The position numbers were made by a program, and so were the translations under genes. DNA of 64,000 nucleotides, taken from assembly GCA_030390025.1 (NCBI GenBank), contig CM059432.1:20710001-20774000 (forward strand), written 5' to 3'. Position 1 is the first letter of the stretch. Every line of letters begins with the position of its first letter. This stretch comes from Squalus acanthias (Eukaryota). The notes under the pieces were generated by a model. It searched no databases and was not told where the DNA came from. It saw only the letters and a list, made by a program, of their open reading frames with translations. This document shows, piece after piece, positions 25,846 to 37,716 of this stretch.

Positions 25846-26565
25846 AAATGGAAGTAAAATGTTGTGTTAAAATGGTTATTTCTGACTTTCCATTATAGAC
25901 ACATGATCATAGGTTCTGCCAGCTTGGCTAACAAAGTGGCTCTTTTGTGCAGCAGTCACTCACAGCTGCGCTGTTATAAATTTCAGCTTCATCCTTCGGG
26001 GTGGGTAATTAGAGTGTCAACTGGCATTAAAGCAGGTCACAATGGGCATTAGCCTCTGACTGTGAACTCCAGTGCTTTTTGGTTTCTTTACAGTAATAGA
26101 TGAATGAGATTTGTCTTGTAATATTGAGCATTCATTTATTTATAAGAAAGTGGCCTTTTTTAATTGAATAACAAAACCAAAGTAAAGGTAAGGATATATT
26201 AATGGCTTTTTATTTAAAATCTGGGTATTAAAAATATAGAAAGACCAAATTATTTGCAGAAATTATTCCATTTATAAATATTCTGCTTGGGTTCACTGCC
26301 ATTGAATACGCCCATAACTGGTCCTTGTGACGTCCATACCAAAGTTTGATCGTACCTGCCTAATATCTGGTAAATGCAATTAGGCTCAGGAGTCATTGTA
26401 CTCTGGCTTACTGGATTATATTACATGAGAAATTAATTTAATATTAAACGGGTAAATGAATGGTATTCAGTACAAACAGTATTGTAGTAGTTGCAAATCT
26501 TACTATTTTTGAAATGTCAAAACAACTAAGATGCTTCTCTTGTGATAACCTTTAATATAAATATC

Positions 26566-29500
26566 GGGAACGGTAGCATAGTGGTTATGTTACTGGACTA
26601 GTAATCCAGAGGCCTGGGCTAATGATCCGGCGACATGAGTTCAAATCCCACCATGGCAGCTGTGGAATTTATAATTAATTATAACGCTTGATTTTAAAAA
26701 GCCCATCTGGTTCACTAATGCTCTTTAGGGAAGGAAATCTGCAGTCCTTACCTGGTCTGGCCTATATGTGACTCCAGACCCACAGCAATGTGGTTGACTC
26801 TTAACTGCCCTCTGAAATGGCCTAGCAAGCCACTCAGTTGTAACAAACCGCTACGAAAAACAACAATAAGAAGAATAAAACCAGACAGACCACCCGGCAC
26901 CGGCTACGGACAGGGCAATGGCACACCCAGCCCTGTTGACTCAGCAAAGTCTTCCTCACAAACATCTGGGGACTTGTGCCAAAATTGGGAGAGCTGTCCC
27001 ACAGACTAGTCAAGCAACAGCCTGACATAGTCATACTCACAGAATCATACCTTTCAGCCAAGGTCCCAAACTTCTCCATCCCTGGGTTAGTCCTGTCCCA
27101 CCAGAAGGACAGACCCACCAGGGGTGGCGGCACAGTGGTATACAGTTGGGAAGGGAGTGGCCCTGGGAGTCCTCAACATTGACTCCGGACCCCATGAAGT
27201 CAAACATGGGCAAGGAAACCTCCTACTGATTACCACCTACCGCCCTCCCTCAGCTGATGAATCAGTACTCCGCCATGTTGAACACCACTTGGAAGAAGCA
27301 CTGAGAGTAGCAAGGGCACAGAATGTACTCTGGGTGGGGGACTTCAATGTCCATCACCAAGAGTGTCTCGGTAGCACCACTACTGACCGAGTGGGCTGAG
27401 TCTTGAAGGACATCGCTGCCAGTCTGGGCCTGCAGTAGGTGGTGAGAGAACCAACATGAGGGAAAAACCTCGTCCTCACCAATCTACCTGTTGCAGATGC
27501 ATTGGTAGCAGCGACCACTGCACAGTCATTGTGAAGACGAAGTCCCGTCTTCACACTGAGGACACCCTCCATCGTGTTGTGTGGCACTACCACCGTGCTA
27601 AATGGGATAGATGCAGCTAAAACTGGGCATTCATGAGGCGCTGTGGGCCATCAGCAGCAGCAGAATTGTATTCCATCACAATCTGTAACCTTATGGCCTG
27701 GCATATCCCTCACTCTACCATTACCACCAAGCCAGGGGACCAACCCTGGTTCAATGAGGAGTGTAGAAGAGCCTGCCAGGAGCAGCACCAGGCGTACCTA
27801 AAAATGAGGTGCCAACCTGGTGAAGCTGCAACACAGGACTACATGCATGCTAAACAGCGGAAGAAGCATGCTATAGACAGGGCAAAGCGATCCCACAATC
27901 AATGGATCAGATCAAAGCTCTGCAGTCCTGCCACATCCAGCTGTGAATGGTGGTGATCCATTAAACAAATAACGGGAGGAGGAGGCTCCATGAATATTCA
28001 CATCCTCAATGATGGCAGAGCCCAGCACGTGAGTGCAAAAGACAAGGCTGAAGTGTTTACAACCATCTTCAGCCAGAAGTGCTGAGTGGATGATCCATAT
28101 CCGCCTCCTCCTGAGGTCCCCAGCATCACAGAAGCCAGTCTTCAGTCAATTTGATTCACTCCACGTGATATCAGGAAACAGCTGAGAGCACTGGATACAG
28201 CAAAGGCTATGGGCCCCGACAATATGCTGTTATGCTGAAGGCTTGTACTCCAGAACTAGCTGCACCTCTAGCCAAGCTATTTCAGTACAGCTACCACACT
28301 GGCATCTATCCGACAATGTGGAAAACTGCCGAGGTATGTCCTGTCCACAAAAAGCAGGACAAATCCAATCCGGCCAATTACCGCCCCATCAGTCTACTCT
28401 CAATCATCAGCAAAGTGATGGAAGGTGTCGTTGACAGTGCTTTCAAGCGGCACTTACTAACCAATAACCTGCTCACCGATGCTCAGTTTAGGCTCTGCCA
28501 GGACCACTCGGCTCCAGACTTCATTACAGCCTCGGTCCAAACATGGACAAAAGAGCTGAATTCCAGAGGTGAGGTGAGAGTGACTGCCTTTGACATCAGG
28601 ACAGCATTTGACTGAGTCTGGCATCAAGGAGCCCTAGTAAAACTGAAGTCAATGGGAATCAGAGGGACAACTCTCCACTGGCTGGAGTCATACCTAGCAC
28701 AAAGGAAGATGGTTGTTGTTGTTGGAGGTCAATCATCACCGGCTCAGGACATCACTGCAGTAGTTCCGCATGGAAGTGTCCTAGGCCCTACCATCTTCAG
28801 CTGCTTCATCAATGACCTTCCCTCCAACATAAGGTCAGAAGTGGGGATGTTCGCTGATGACTACATAGTGTTCAGTGCCATTCGCAACTCCTCAGATAAT
28901 GAAGCAGTCCATGCCCACATGCAGCAAGACATGGACAACTTTCAGGCTTGGGCTGATACGGGTAGCGTGCTGAGTCACTGTTCCACTGGATCAGGACAAT
29001 CATGGCCACGCCTACGGGATTCATCAGAAGCCTCGGCATGTATGACCAAGCTCGCAAACCATTCAGTTCTTATATTGAGCGGATGGAGATTTTTTTAATG
29101 GCCAAAAACATTATTGAGACTGAAGACACAGATGAGAATGTTCAAGCTCAAAATAAAGTAATTCGTGAACGAAAAAGCAATTTTTCTAATGGAGATCGGG
29201 CCAGATCGCGGTACAGAAGTGCCAGGCAATGACTATCTCCAACAAGTGAGAGTCTAACCACCTCCCCTTGACATTCAACGGCATTACCATCGTCAAATCC
29301 CCCACCATCAACATCCTGGGGGTCACCATTGACGAGAAACTTAACTGGACCAGCCACATAAATACTATGGCTACAAGAGCAGATCAGAGGTTAGGTATTC
29401 TGCGGCGAGTGTCTCACCTCCTGACTTCCCAAAGCCTTTCCACCATCTACAAGGCACAAGTAAGGAGTGTGATGTAATACTCACCACTTGCCTAGATGAG

Positions 29501-29988
29501 TGCAGCTCCAACAACACTCAAGAAGCTCGACACCATCCAGGACAAAGCAGCCCGCTTGATTGGCACCCCATCCACCACCTTAAACATTCACTCCCTCCAC
29601 CACTGGTGCACCGTGGCTGCAGTGTGTACCATCTACAAGATGCACTGCAGCAATTTGCCAAGGCTTCTTCGGCAGCACCTCCCAAACACACAACTTCTTC
29701 TACCTAGATGGACAAGGGCAGCAGGCGCATGGGAACACCACCACCTCCAAGTTCCCCTCCAAGTTACACACCATCCTGACTTGGAAATATATCGCCGTTC
29801 CTTCATCGTCGCTGGGTCAAAATCCTGGAACTCCCTCCGTAACAGCACTGTGGGAGTACCTTCACCACACGGACTGCAGTGGTTCAAGAAGGCAGCTCAC
29901 CACGACCTTCTCGAGGGCAATTAGGGATGGGCAATAAATGCTGGCCTTGACAGCGACGCCCACATCCCAGGAACGAAGATTAAAAAAA
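26566..29988 (+). mobile_element. CR1/L2-group LINE, single EN-RT ORF, tRNA-like 5' head
   Basis: A box TAGCATAGTGG 26574-26584, B box GTTCAAATCC 26639-26648; EN (PDIVILTESYL, YRPPS, GDFNVHH); RT (ANYRPISLL, PHGSVLGP, FADD); tail GGGATGGGCAATAAATGCTGGCC. Confidence 0.9.
28959..29205 (+). mobile_element. Ty3/Gypsy gag N-terminal fragment inside the LINE
   Basis: MATPTGFIRSLGMYDQARKPFSSYIERMEIFLMAKNI...ERK/AIFLMEIGP resembles the Y.ER...F..AN.I...K.A.FL..IG Gag pattern. Confidence 0.7.
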
Positions 29989-30102
29989 TTACATGAAAAT
30001 ATGCTATCACAGATCCCTCCGATTATCTCCTTCAGTGCTGGCTTCAAACCGACTGCTCTTTTATTGCAATGCAGCCAATCCCCAAATTCTGTTCAAGGGG
30101 CC

Positions 30103-30210
30103 AACAACAACTTGCATTTATATAGCACCATTATCGTAGTAAAATTTCCCAAGGTGCTTCACAGGAGCACTGTCAATCAAAATTTGACACTAAGCCACAG
30201 AAGGAGATAT
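30103..30210 (-). mobile_element. L2 3' tail fragment
   Basis: Reverse complement of the 23175-23258 L2 tail (CCCAAGGTGCTTCACAGGAGC...AAAATTTGACAC). Confidence 0.75.
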
Positions 30211-30814
30211 GTCTCCATCTATAATTAGAACAAGCAGGTTATGACATTTCAGGTGTACTACTTTTATCAGAGTATCAATGCCAGTAAAGTGGCCTTTTAT
30301 ATCCCAAACTATAATGTATATTCTCTGCTAATTGAAAAATCAGCTAACTGTACTTGTCAGTAGCGTGATCAGCGAGAAAAGAATCGAATAAATAATCCAC
30401 CATAGAAAATAAACCTTACGCTTTGTCATTTCTTGGCGCTTGTCAACCTGTGCCTAAGATCTCTGCACTGAGGTGAGTGGGGTGTGTACCTATAGGAGAA
30501 AATATGCCCTCCGTATTGGGCAAATAGAAGTTCTGCCTGTATGAATTAAACATGGTGATGGGATTTTATGCGTCATACATCTGGCTGATCATAAAAAACA
30601 CGATTGCTGAGTCAATTAGATTTACTGAATATTAAATCTTCAGAATTGAAGAATAAAATCCTGTCGATCTCACAGATAAAAATTTATGTGTAAAATAAGT
30701 TATTCTGCATCGTGAAGATCCTGTAACAAAGTTAATAGATGGACGTGCATCATTGTGCCTCAACTACAATGAGGAAGTAATGCCACGAATATCTTACCAC
30801 AGGTTAGTACATAC

Positions 30815-33056
30815 AAAGATAGACCAGGAGTAAAAGTTCTCAATTGGGGAAAGGCCAATGTTACTAAGCAGGAATGTGATTTAGCAAAAGTGGACTGGAA
30901 ACAGCTACTTGAAGGTAAATCAGTGTCAGAGCAGTGGGAGGCATTCAAGGAGGAGATAGTGAGGGTTCAGAGCAAAAATGTACACACAATGAAAAAGGGT
31001 GGGACTCCCAAATCTAGAGCCCCCAGATGTCAAGGGGCATACAGGGTAGGATAAGGCAAAAAAGGGAAGCTAATGTCAGATACCGAGAGCTAAATACTGC
31101 AGAAAGCCTAGAGGAGTATAGAAAGTGCAGGGGTGAAATTAAAAAGGAAATTAGGAAAGCAAAGAGAGGGCATGAAAAAATATTGGCAAGTAAAATCAAG
31201 GAAACCCCAAAGATGTTTTATAAATACATTAAGAGCAAGAGGATAACTAAGGAAAGAGTAGGGCCTATTAGAAACCAAAAAAGTTAACCTGTGTGTGGAG
31301 GCGGAAGATGTGGGCACGGTTCTTAATGAATACTTTGCGTCAGTCTTCAGGGAAGAGAGTGATGATGCAGACATTGTAGTTACGAAGGAGGAGTTTGAAA
31401 TATTAGATGAGATAAATGAGAGAGGAAGTATTAAGGGGTTTGGCATCTTTGAAAGTAGATAAATCACCAGGACCAGATGAAATATATTCCAGGCTGTTGC
31501 GAGAAGCAAGGGAGGAAATCGCGAAGGCTCTGACCATCATTTTTCAATCCTCTCTGGCTACAGGTGTGGTGCTGGAGGACTGGAAGACTGCTAACGTTAT
31601 GCTGTTGCTTAAAAAGGGAGAAATGGATAGACCAAGTAATTACAGGCCAGTCAGCCTAAACTCAATGGTGGGCAAATTATTAGAAAAAATTCTGAGGGGC
31701 TGTATTAATCGTCATTTAGAAAGGCACGGATTAATCAAGGACAGTCAGCATGGATTTGTTAAGGGAAGGTTGTGTCTGACGAACTTGATTGAATTTTTTG
31801 AGGAGCTAACAAGGACGGTTGACAAGGGTAGTGCATTTGATGTAGTCTACATGGATATTAGCAAGGCTTTTGACAAGGTCCCACATGGCAGACTGTTCAG
31901 AAAAGTAAAATCCCATGGGATCCAAGGGAAAATGGCAAGTTGGATTCAAAATTGTCTCAGTGGGAGGAAGCACAGGGTAATGGTTGACGGGTGTTTTTGT
32001 GACTGGAAGGCTGTTTTCAGTGTGGTTCCGCAGGGCTCAGTACTAGGTCCCTTGCTTTTTGTGGTATATATCAATGATTTAGACTTCAATGTAGGGGGCA
32101 TGATTAAGAAGTTTGCAGATGATACAAAAATTGGCCGTGTGGTTGATAACGAGGAAGAAAGCTGCAGACTGCAGGAGGATATCAATGGACTGGTCAGGTG
32201 GGCAGAAAAGTGGCAAATGGAATTCAATCTGGAGAAGTGTGAGGTAATGCCTTTGGGGAGGGCTAACGAGGCAAAGGAATACACAATAAATGGTAGGATA
32301 ATGAAAAGTGTAGAGGAACAGAGGGACCTTGGAGTGCATGTCCACAGATCCCTGAAGGTAGCAGGACAGGTAGATAAGGTGGTTAATAAGCCATACGGGA
32401 TACTTTCCTTTATTAGCCGAGGCATAGAATATAAGAGCAGGGAGGTTATGCTTTAATATAAAAGCAGGAAGGTTATGCTTGAACTGTATAAAACACTAGT
32501 TAGGCCACAGCTAGAGTACTGCGTACAGTTCTGGTCACCACATTACAGGAAAGATGTGGTTGCACTGGAGAGGGTACAGAGGAGATTTACGAGGATATTG
32601 CCAGGACTGGAGATTTTTAGCTATGAGGAAAGATTGGATAGGCTGGGGTTGTTTTCTTTGGAGCAGAGGAGGCTGAGGGGAGAATTAATTGAGGTGTATA
32701 AAATTATGAGGACCCTAGATAAAGTGGATAGGAAGGACCTATTTCTCTTAGCAGAGAAGTCAATAACCAGGAGGCATAGAGTTAAAGTAATTGGTAGAAG
32801 GATTAGAGGGGAATTGAGGAGAACTTTTTTTACCCAGTGGTGGGGGTCTGGAACTCACTGCCTGAAAGGGTGGTAGAGGCAGAAAGGCTCATCACATTTA
32901 AAAAGTACTTGGATTAACACTTGAAGTGCTGCAACCTACAAGGCTACGGACCAAGAGCTGGAAAGTGGGATTAGGTTGGATCGCTCTTTTTCAGCCGGCA
33001 CAGATACGATGGGCCGAATGGCCTCCTTCTGTGCTGTAAATTTCTATGATTCTGTG
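30815..33056 (+). mobile_element. 5'-truncated CR1 LINE (TTCTATGA-tail subfamily)
   Basis: 346-aa RT ORF 31416-32456 (NYRPVSL, KAFDKVPH, PQGSVLGP, FADD); tail TTTCTATGATTCTGTGA. Confidence 0.95.
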
Positions 33057-33184
33057 ATTATTGGTTCAGTGAGTCATGTTCACTAAATAACTTTAAAATC
33101 ATTCACTAACATAATTTAAGTCACATATTGGAGAACACCTTGGCACGTGGTGCTTACTTGAGATGGAGAAGTCTTTCTTTCCCA

Positions 33185-33530
33185 CATTTTTTTCTCTCAT
33201 CTTCCAAAGGTGCTATTGCCTGCTGGGCTCGGCACTCCCAGGACTTTGTCCCAGTGACTATTCTTTACGTGGGAACCTAATATAGTGATTGTCAGCAGGT
33301 TACTCTACTGTAGAGGACGTCATCGCTAAGCCTGATCCTGTTATCAACTGATTCCACATATTTGCCCATTCCAGATAAAGTAATCAGCAATGGCACTGAA
33401 GCACAGATGGAGCAGCCCAACTGTTCTGGCTCAAATCAGCTAACTCATCACAGACTGTCGATCTGAGACTTGCCAGTCTGTATGGCTTAGTACTATATTG
33501 GGCAGTGCCTTTGTCTATTAAACTCTAAGG
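33185..33530 (-). mobile_element. Ancient SINE (AmnSINE2-like, tentative)
   Basis: Degenerate reverse complement of the 24597 / 40960 family. Confidence 0.5.
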
Positions 33531-33809
33531 GGAAAGATAAAGGATGAGAGAGTTAAAGTGAAAATTCTAATCTTTAAAATATGTAATTGTATATATTTGG
33601 AAACTTGGAATATTCTCATTTTTCAACTAATTTAGTGAAGGATTTTAAACTTTTACAATTCAGGACACTGAACTCCTCTGACACTGACCTGCGACAAAAT
33701 AGCAGATTTATGGTTTCAGCAGAGATTCATGTGTTGAATTTCTAGCCGCCTGATGTAATCTCTACAATTTGGAGTGTTACAAGTCAGTAATGCAATAGGG
33801 GGAGCCAAA

Positions 33810-34272
33810 ATTGATTCCTGGGATGAGAGATTGTGTAGAATGGCCCGATACTCTCTGGAGTTTAGAAGAATGAGAGGTGATCTCATTGAAACATACAAGA
33901 TTCTGAGGAGAATTGACAGGGTAGATGCTGAGAGGCTGTTTCCCCTGGCTGGAGTGTCTAGAACTAGGGGGCATAGTCTCAGGATAAGGGGTAGGCCATT
34001 TAAGACCGAGATGAGGAGGAATTTCTTCACTCAGAGGGTTGTGAATCTTTGGAATTCTCTGCCCCAGAGGGCTGTGAATGCTGAGTCTTTGAGTATATTC
34101 AAGGCTGAGTGAGATAGATTTTTGGACTCGAGGGGAATCAAGGGATATGAAGATCGGGCAGGAAGGTGGAGTTGAGGTCGATGATCAGCCATGATCTTAT
34201 TGAATGGCGGAGCAGGTTTGAGGGGCCATATGGCCTACTCCAGCTCCTATTTCTTATGTTTTTATGTTCTTA
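33810..34272 (+). mobile_element. CR1 3' fragment
   Basis: YSLEFRRMRGDLIETYKI; TTCTTATG tail. Confidence 0.92.
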
Positions 34273-34614
34273 AAAGTACCATTGTGTTCCTGTCCATAAC
34301 TATATTTTGTATAAATGTAATAACTATGATAGTTAATTAAGGGTGGTTAAAATTCAGCTAGATCCTTCTGAACTATTAAGTTGGTTGGTCATTGAAGAGG
34401 TTTGGAGTAATGTTTCAGGATGAAGAGTACAACAGATTTAAACTAGTTTGTCAGGGGGCTGGGAACCTAAGTGTGGGCCCAGAACAGAGAGAAACAAAGC
34501 TGGAAGTGAAAGTTAGAAAAGTAGTCAGCAAAACTAGTAAGGAGCAGAAACAAAGGCTAACAGTAAAGAGGGTCAAAGTGCAGAAAAATATTAAATAGGC
34601 AAAGTTGAAGGCAC

Positions 34615-34808
34615 TGTGGTAACACAATACAGCTTCCTGTGACTCGAACTTTATTGCATCACTTCCTGTGATTAGTCCAGGATAAATACTGGACTGATCA
34701 GTTGGATCCTGGAGAGGCATAGAGTAAGACCTCTTTTGTATGTAGCACCTTTTTAGTTGATTAAAGCTTACTTTAAGTTCACCACGCGTAAGGCTCATTC
34801 TTACGACA
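34615..34808 (+). mobile_element. Solo LTR (194 bp)
   Basis: TGTGGTAA...TTACGACA termini; 5-bp TSD GGCAC; GATAAATA TATA-like and ATTAAA poly(A) signals. Confidence 0.88.
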
Positions 34809-35453
34809 GGCACTTTATCTAAATGCACATAGCATTCGCAACAAGGTTGATGAATTAATGGCACAAATAGAAGTAAATGGGTATGATATAATTGCCATTA
34901 CAGAGACATGGTTGCAGGGTAACCAAAGCTGGGAACTGAATGTTCCAGGGTACTCAACATTTAGGAAGGACAGACAAACAGGAAAAGGAGGTGGCGTAGT
35001 GCTGTTAATAAGGGATGAAATCGGTACGGTAGAGATAAAAGATCTTAGCTCGGCAGACCGTGATGTGGAAAGGAATCAGTTTGGGTGGAGCTAAGAAACA
35101 GCAAAGGGTGGAAAACATTGGTGGGAGTTGTGTATAGGCCACCAAACAGTAGTGGTAATGTAGGGCACAGTATCAATCAAGAAATTAGAAGTGCATTTAA
35201 CAAGGGCAATACGGTAATCATGGGGCACCTGAATCTACATATTGACTGGACAAATCAAATTACCACCAATGGTGTGGAGGACGAATTCTTGGAATGCATG
35301 CGAGATGGTTTCCTGGATCAGTATGTGGAGGAACCAACCAGGGAACAGGCTATTCTGGATCTGGTACAATGTAATGAGAAAGGGTTAATCAATAATCTTG
35401 TGGTAAAGGGGCCTTTAGGAACAAGTGACCATAATATGATTGAACTTTACAAT

Positions 35454-36196
35454 GGCCCAAAAATTAGTGCCGCTACGCGAGAGTACGCACTGTGTACTCT
35501 CGCGTATTCTGTCTCCAATTGCCGGTTTTCTGCATGCACTGCGCATGCGCTGAAAACCGGCACTTGGTGAATTCAAAAGGGGGCGGTTCCTAGGTGAACC
35601 GCGTGCGCGCTACAGGCTGCGCGCACGCAGTGCACTTAGTGCTTTGAACGCGCAGGTAAGCATGGAACATTTTAGACATAAAGAAAGGAGGCGTAAGACC
35701 CACTTTTAACAAGGTAAGTAGTTAATTAAGTATTATTTTGATTTTTTTTTAACAGGTATATCTTTTTTAGAGACTTTAAAGACAGGTAAGTTTATTTTTA
35801 TAACTTTTTAAAAGATTTTAAATTTTTTCAAAAATTTAATTTTTTGTTTAAAATGGTTAATTTATTTAACTATACTTATTTTATTAATGTGATGGTTTTT
35901 AAAAAAAATTTAATTGAGGTTTAGCTGTTCTTTTGGGGGGGTATAGATTCATAGCTTTCACAGCACTTATGTGAAAGCTGTGAATGAAAGATAGTGTGCT
36001 GCCATTGGCTCTAACTGAGTCACGTGATCCCACAGCTCGCACGAATTAACTGCGCCTGTGGGATACGGAAGCACTGCCCAGCTGCTGTCCAGAACATCAA
36101 GTTCGTGCGAGCTGGGACTGAAAAAGCCAGCGCGCAGTGAGAGATCGCGGGGAAGCCTTACCCTCGCACGAAGGCTCCCTCACGAATTTTTGGGCC
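35454..36196. mobile_element. Harbinger-type non-autonomous TIR element
   Basis: Perfect TIR GGCCCAAAAATT / AATTTTTGGGCC; flanks AAT/ATT; CR1 resumes after it. Confidence 0.88.
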
Positions 36197-36736
36197 ATTA
36201 AGTTTGAGAGTGATGTAGTCCAATCTGAAACTAAGGTCTTCAATCTAAACAGAGGAAACTACAAGGGTATGAGGGACAAGTTGGCCATGGTAGATTGGGA
36301 GACTACACTAAAAGGTACGAAGGTGGACATACAATGGCTAACATTCAAGGAAATAATGCACAATTTGCAACAAACATATATTCCTCTAGGGCATAAAAAC
36401 CCAAAAGGAAAAGTGATCCAACCATAGCTAACAAAAGAAATTAAAGCTAGTATTAAGTCAAAGGAGGAAGCTTATAAAGTTGCCAGAAAAAGCGGTCAGC
36501 CTGAGGATTGGGATCTTTTTAGAAATCAGCAAAGGGGGACCAAGAAATTGATAAAGAAAGGGAAAATGGAATATGAGCACAAACTAGCGAAAAATATAAA
36601 AACGGATTGTAAAAGCTTCTATAGGTATGTGAAAAGGAAAAGACTGGCGAAGGTAAATGTAGGTCCTTTATAGTCAGAGATGAGAGAATTTATAATGGGG
36701 AATGAGGAAATGGCAGAGAAATTGAATAAATACTTT

Positions 36737-37437
36737 GAGCTGGATTTTCATTGATCCGTGGAGGCGGGTTTGGAGGCGTGTGGGGGGTTAAAATTGCGAA
36801 AACTGGCGGGCGGGCACAAGTCCTCCTCCATCCCGCCTCCACGCAATTTTCATTAAATCGTGTCTGCTGGTCCCGCCTCTAAGAGGCGGGATAGGCTGTT
36901 AAGGCCCTTAACAAACAATAAATTGCCTCTATAAAGCCATTTTGAAAGGCCTTTGTGATTTTAACCCTTTTTCTACGTGAAGCACGCCTGTTCTGAACCA
37001 CGAATGTGAAACCTGGTGGGAGCACATTTGGCTGGCTGGCTGGCTGGCTATGGGGATGCATATATGGATGGCTATGTGGATGGATGGCTATGTGGATGGA
37101 TGTATATATGGATGGATGGAGAGGAGACATATCTAGGAGTGATGGTGTAAAAATATCTGGGAGCAGACTTAGGGCTGCTGCTGCTCATTTTGCAGGTCCT
37201 CTCACAGCAAAGGCCAGGCAGTCTCTGAAGAACTTCAATGCAGCTGCAATGATGACATCATCAGAGGCGACTTTCAGACTGAAAACATTAATTGGTTCAT
37301 GGGTTCCCACATGCTGGAACTCAATTGCCCAATTAGGTGAAAATTGCATCAATCTCCCACATCCAATTGCAGTCGGGTGGATAACACGAAAAGTGGATGA
37401 CACGACCCCAACCCGCCCCAGTATCAAAATCCAGCCC
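36737..37437. mobile_element. Harbinger-type non-autonomous TIR element (family B)
   Basis: GAGCTGGATTTT / AAAATCCAGCCC, TSD TTT/TTT; homologous to 42371-43158; internal (TGGC/TGGA)n. Confidence 0.88.
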
Positions 37438-37498
37438 TTTGTTTCTGTCTTCATGGAGGAAGACACAAAAAACCTCCCAGAAATATGAGAAAACCAAG

Positions 37499-37716
37499 TG
37501 ACATGAATCTTGTTATTCATGTATGAAGTAATACTGGGCAGCCTGCTGGTGGCGCTGTCCAGAGAGAGTATAAATACTCGGGCATGGGCCCAGCTTGCTT
37601 AGGACATTCCTCAACAGGAACTAGTGAAGGACACAACTAGATCTCCATGTTGAAAAACAGTTGATTAAAGCATTGTTTAACGCTTAGACCAAGTGCCTAG
37701 TAGTTTTCTTACGTCA
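37499..37716 (+). mobile_element. Solo LTR (218 bp)
   Basis: TGACATGA...TTACGTCA termini; 5-bp TSD CCAAG; TATAAATA and ATTAAA. Confidence 0.88.

Noticed and set aside
26566..26655. tRNA gene
   Set aside because: Only A/B boxes are evident, no convincing cloverleaf, and it is contiguous with a retroelement
31416..32456. Functional reverse transcriptase gene (346 aa) or retron-like system
   Set aside because: Part of a 5'-truncated CR1 with upstream stops/frameshift and no endonuclease
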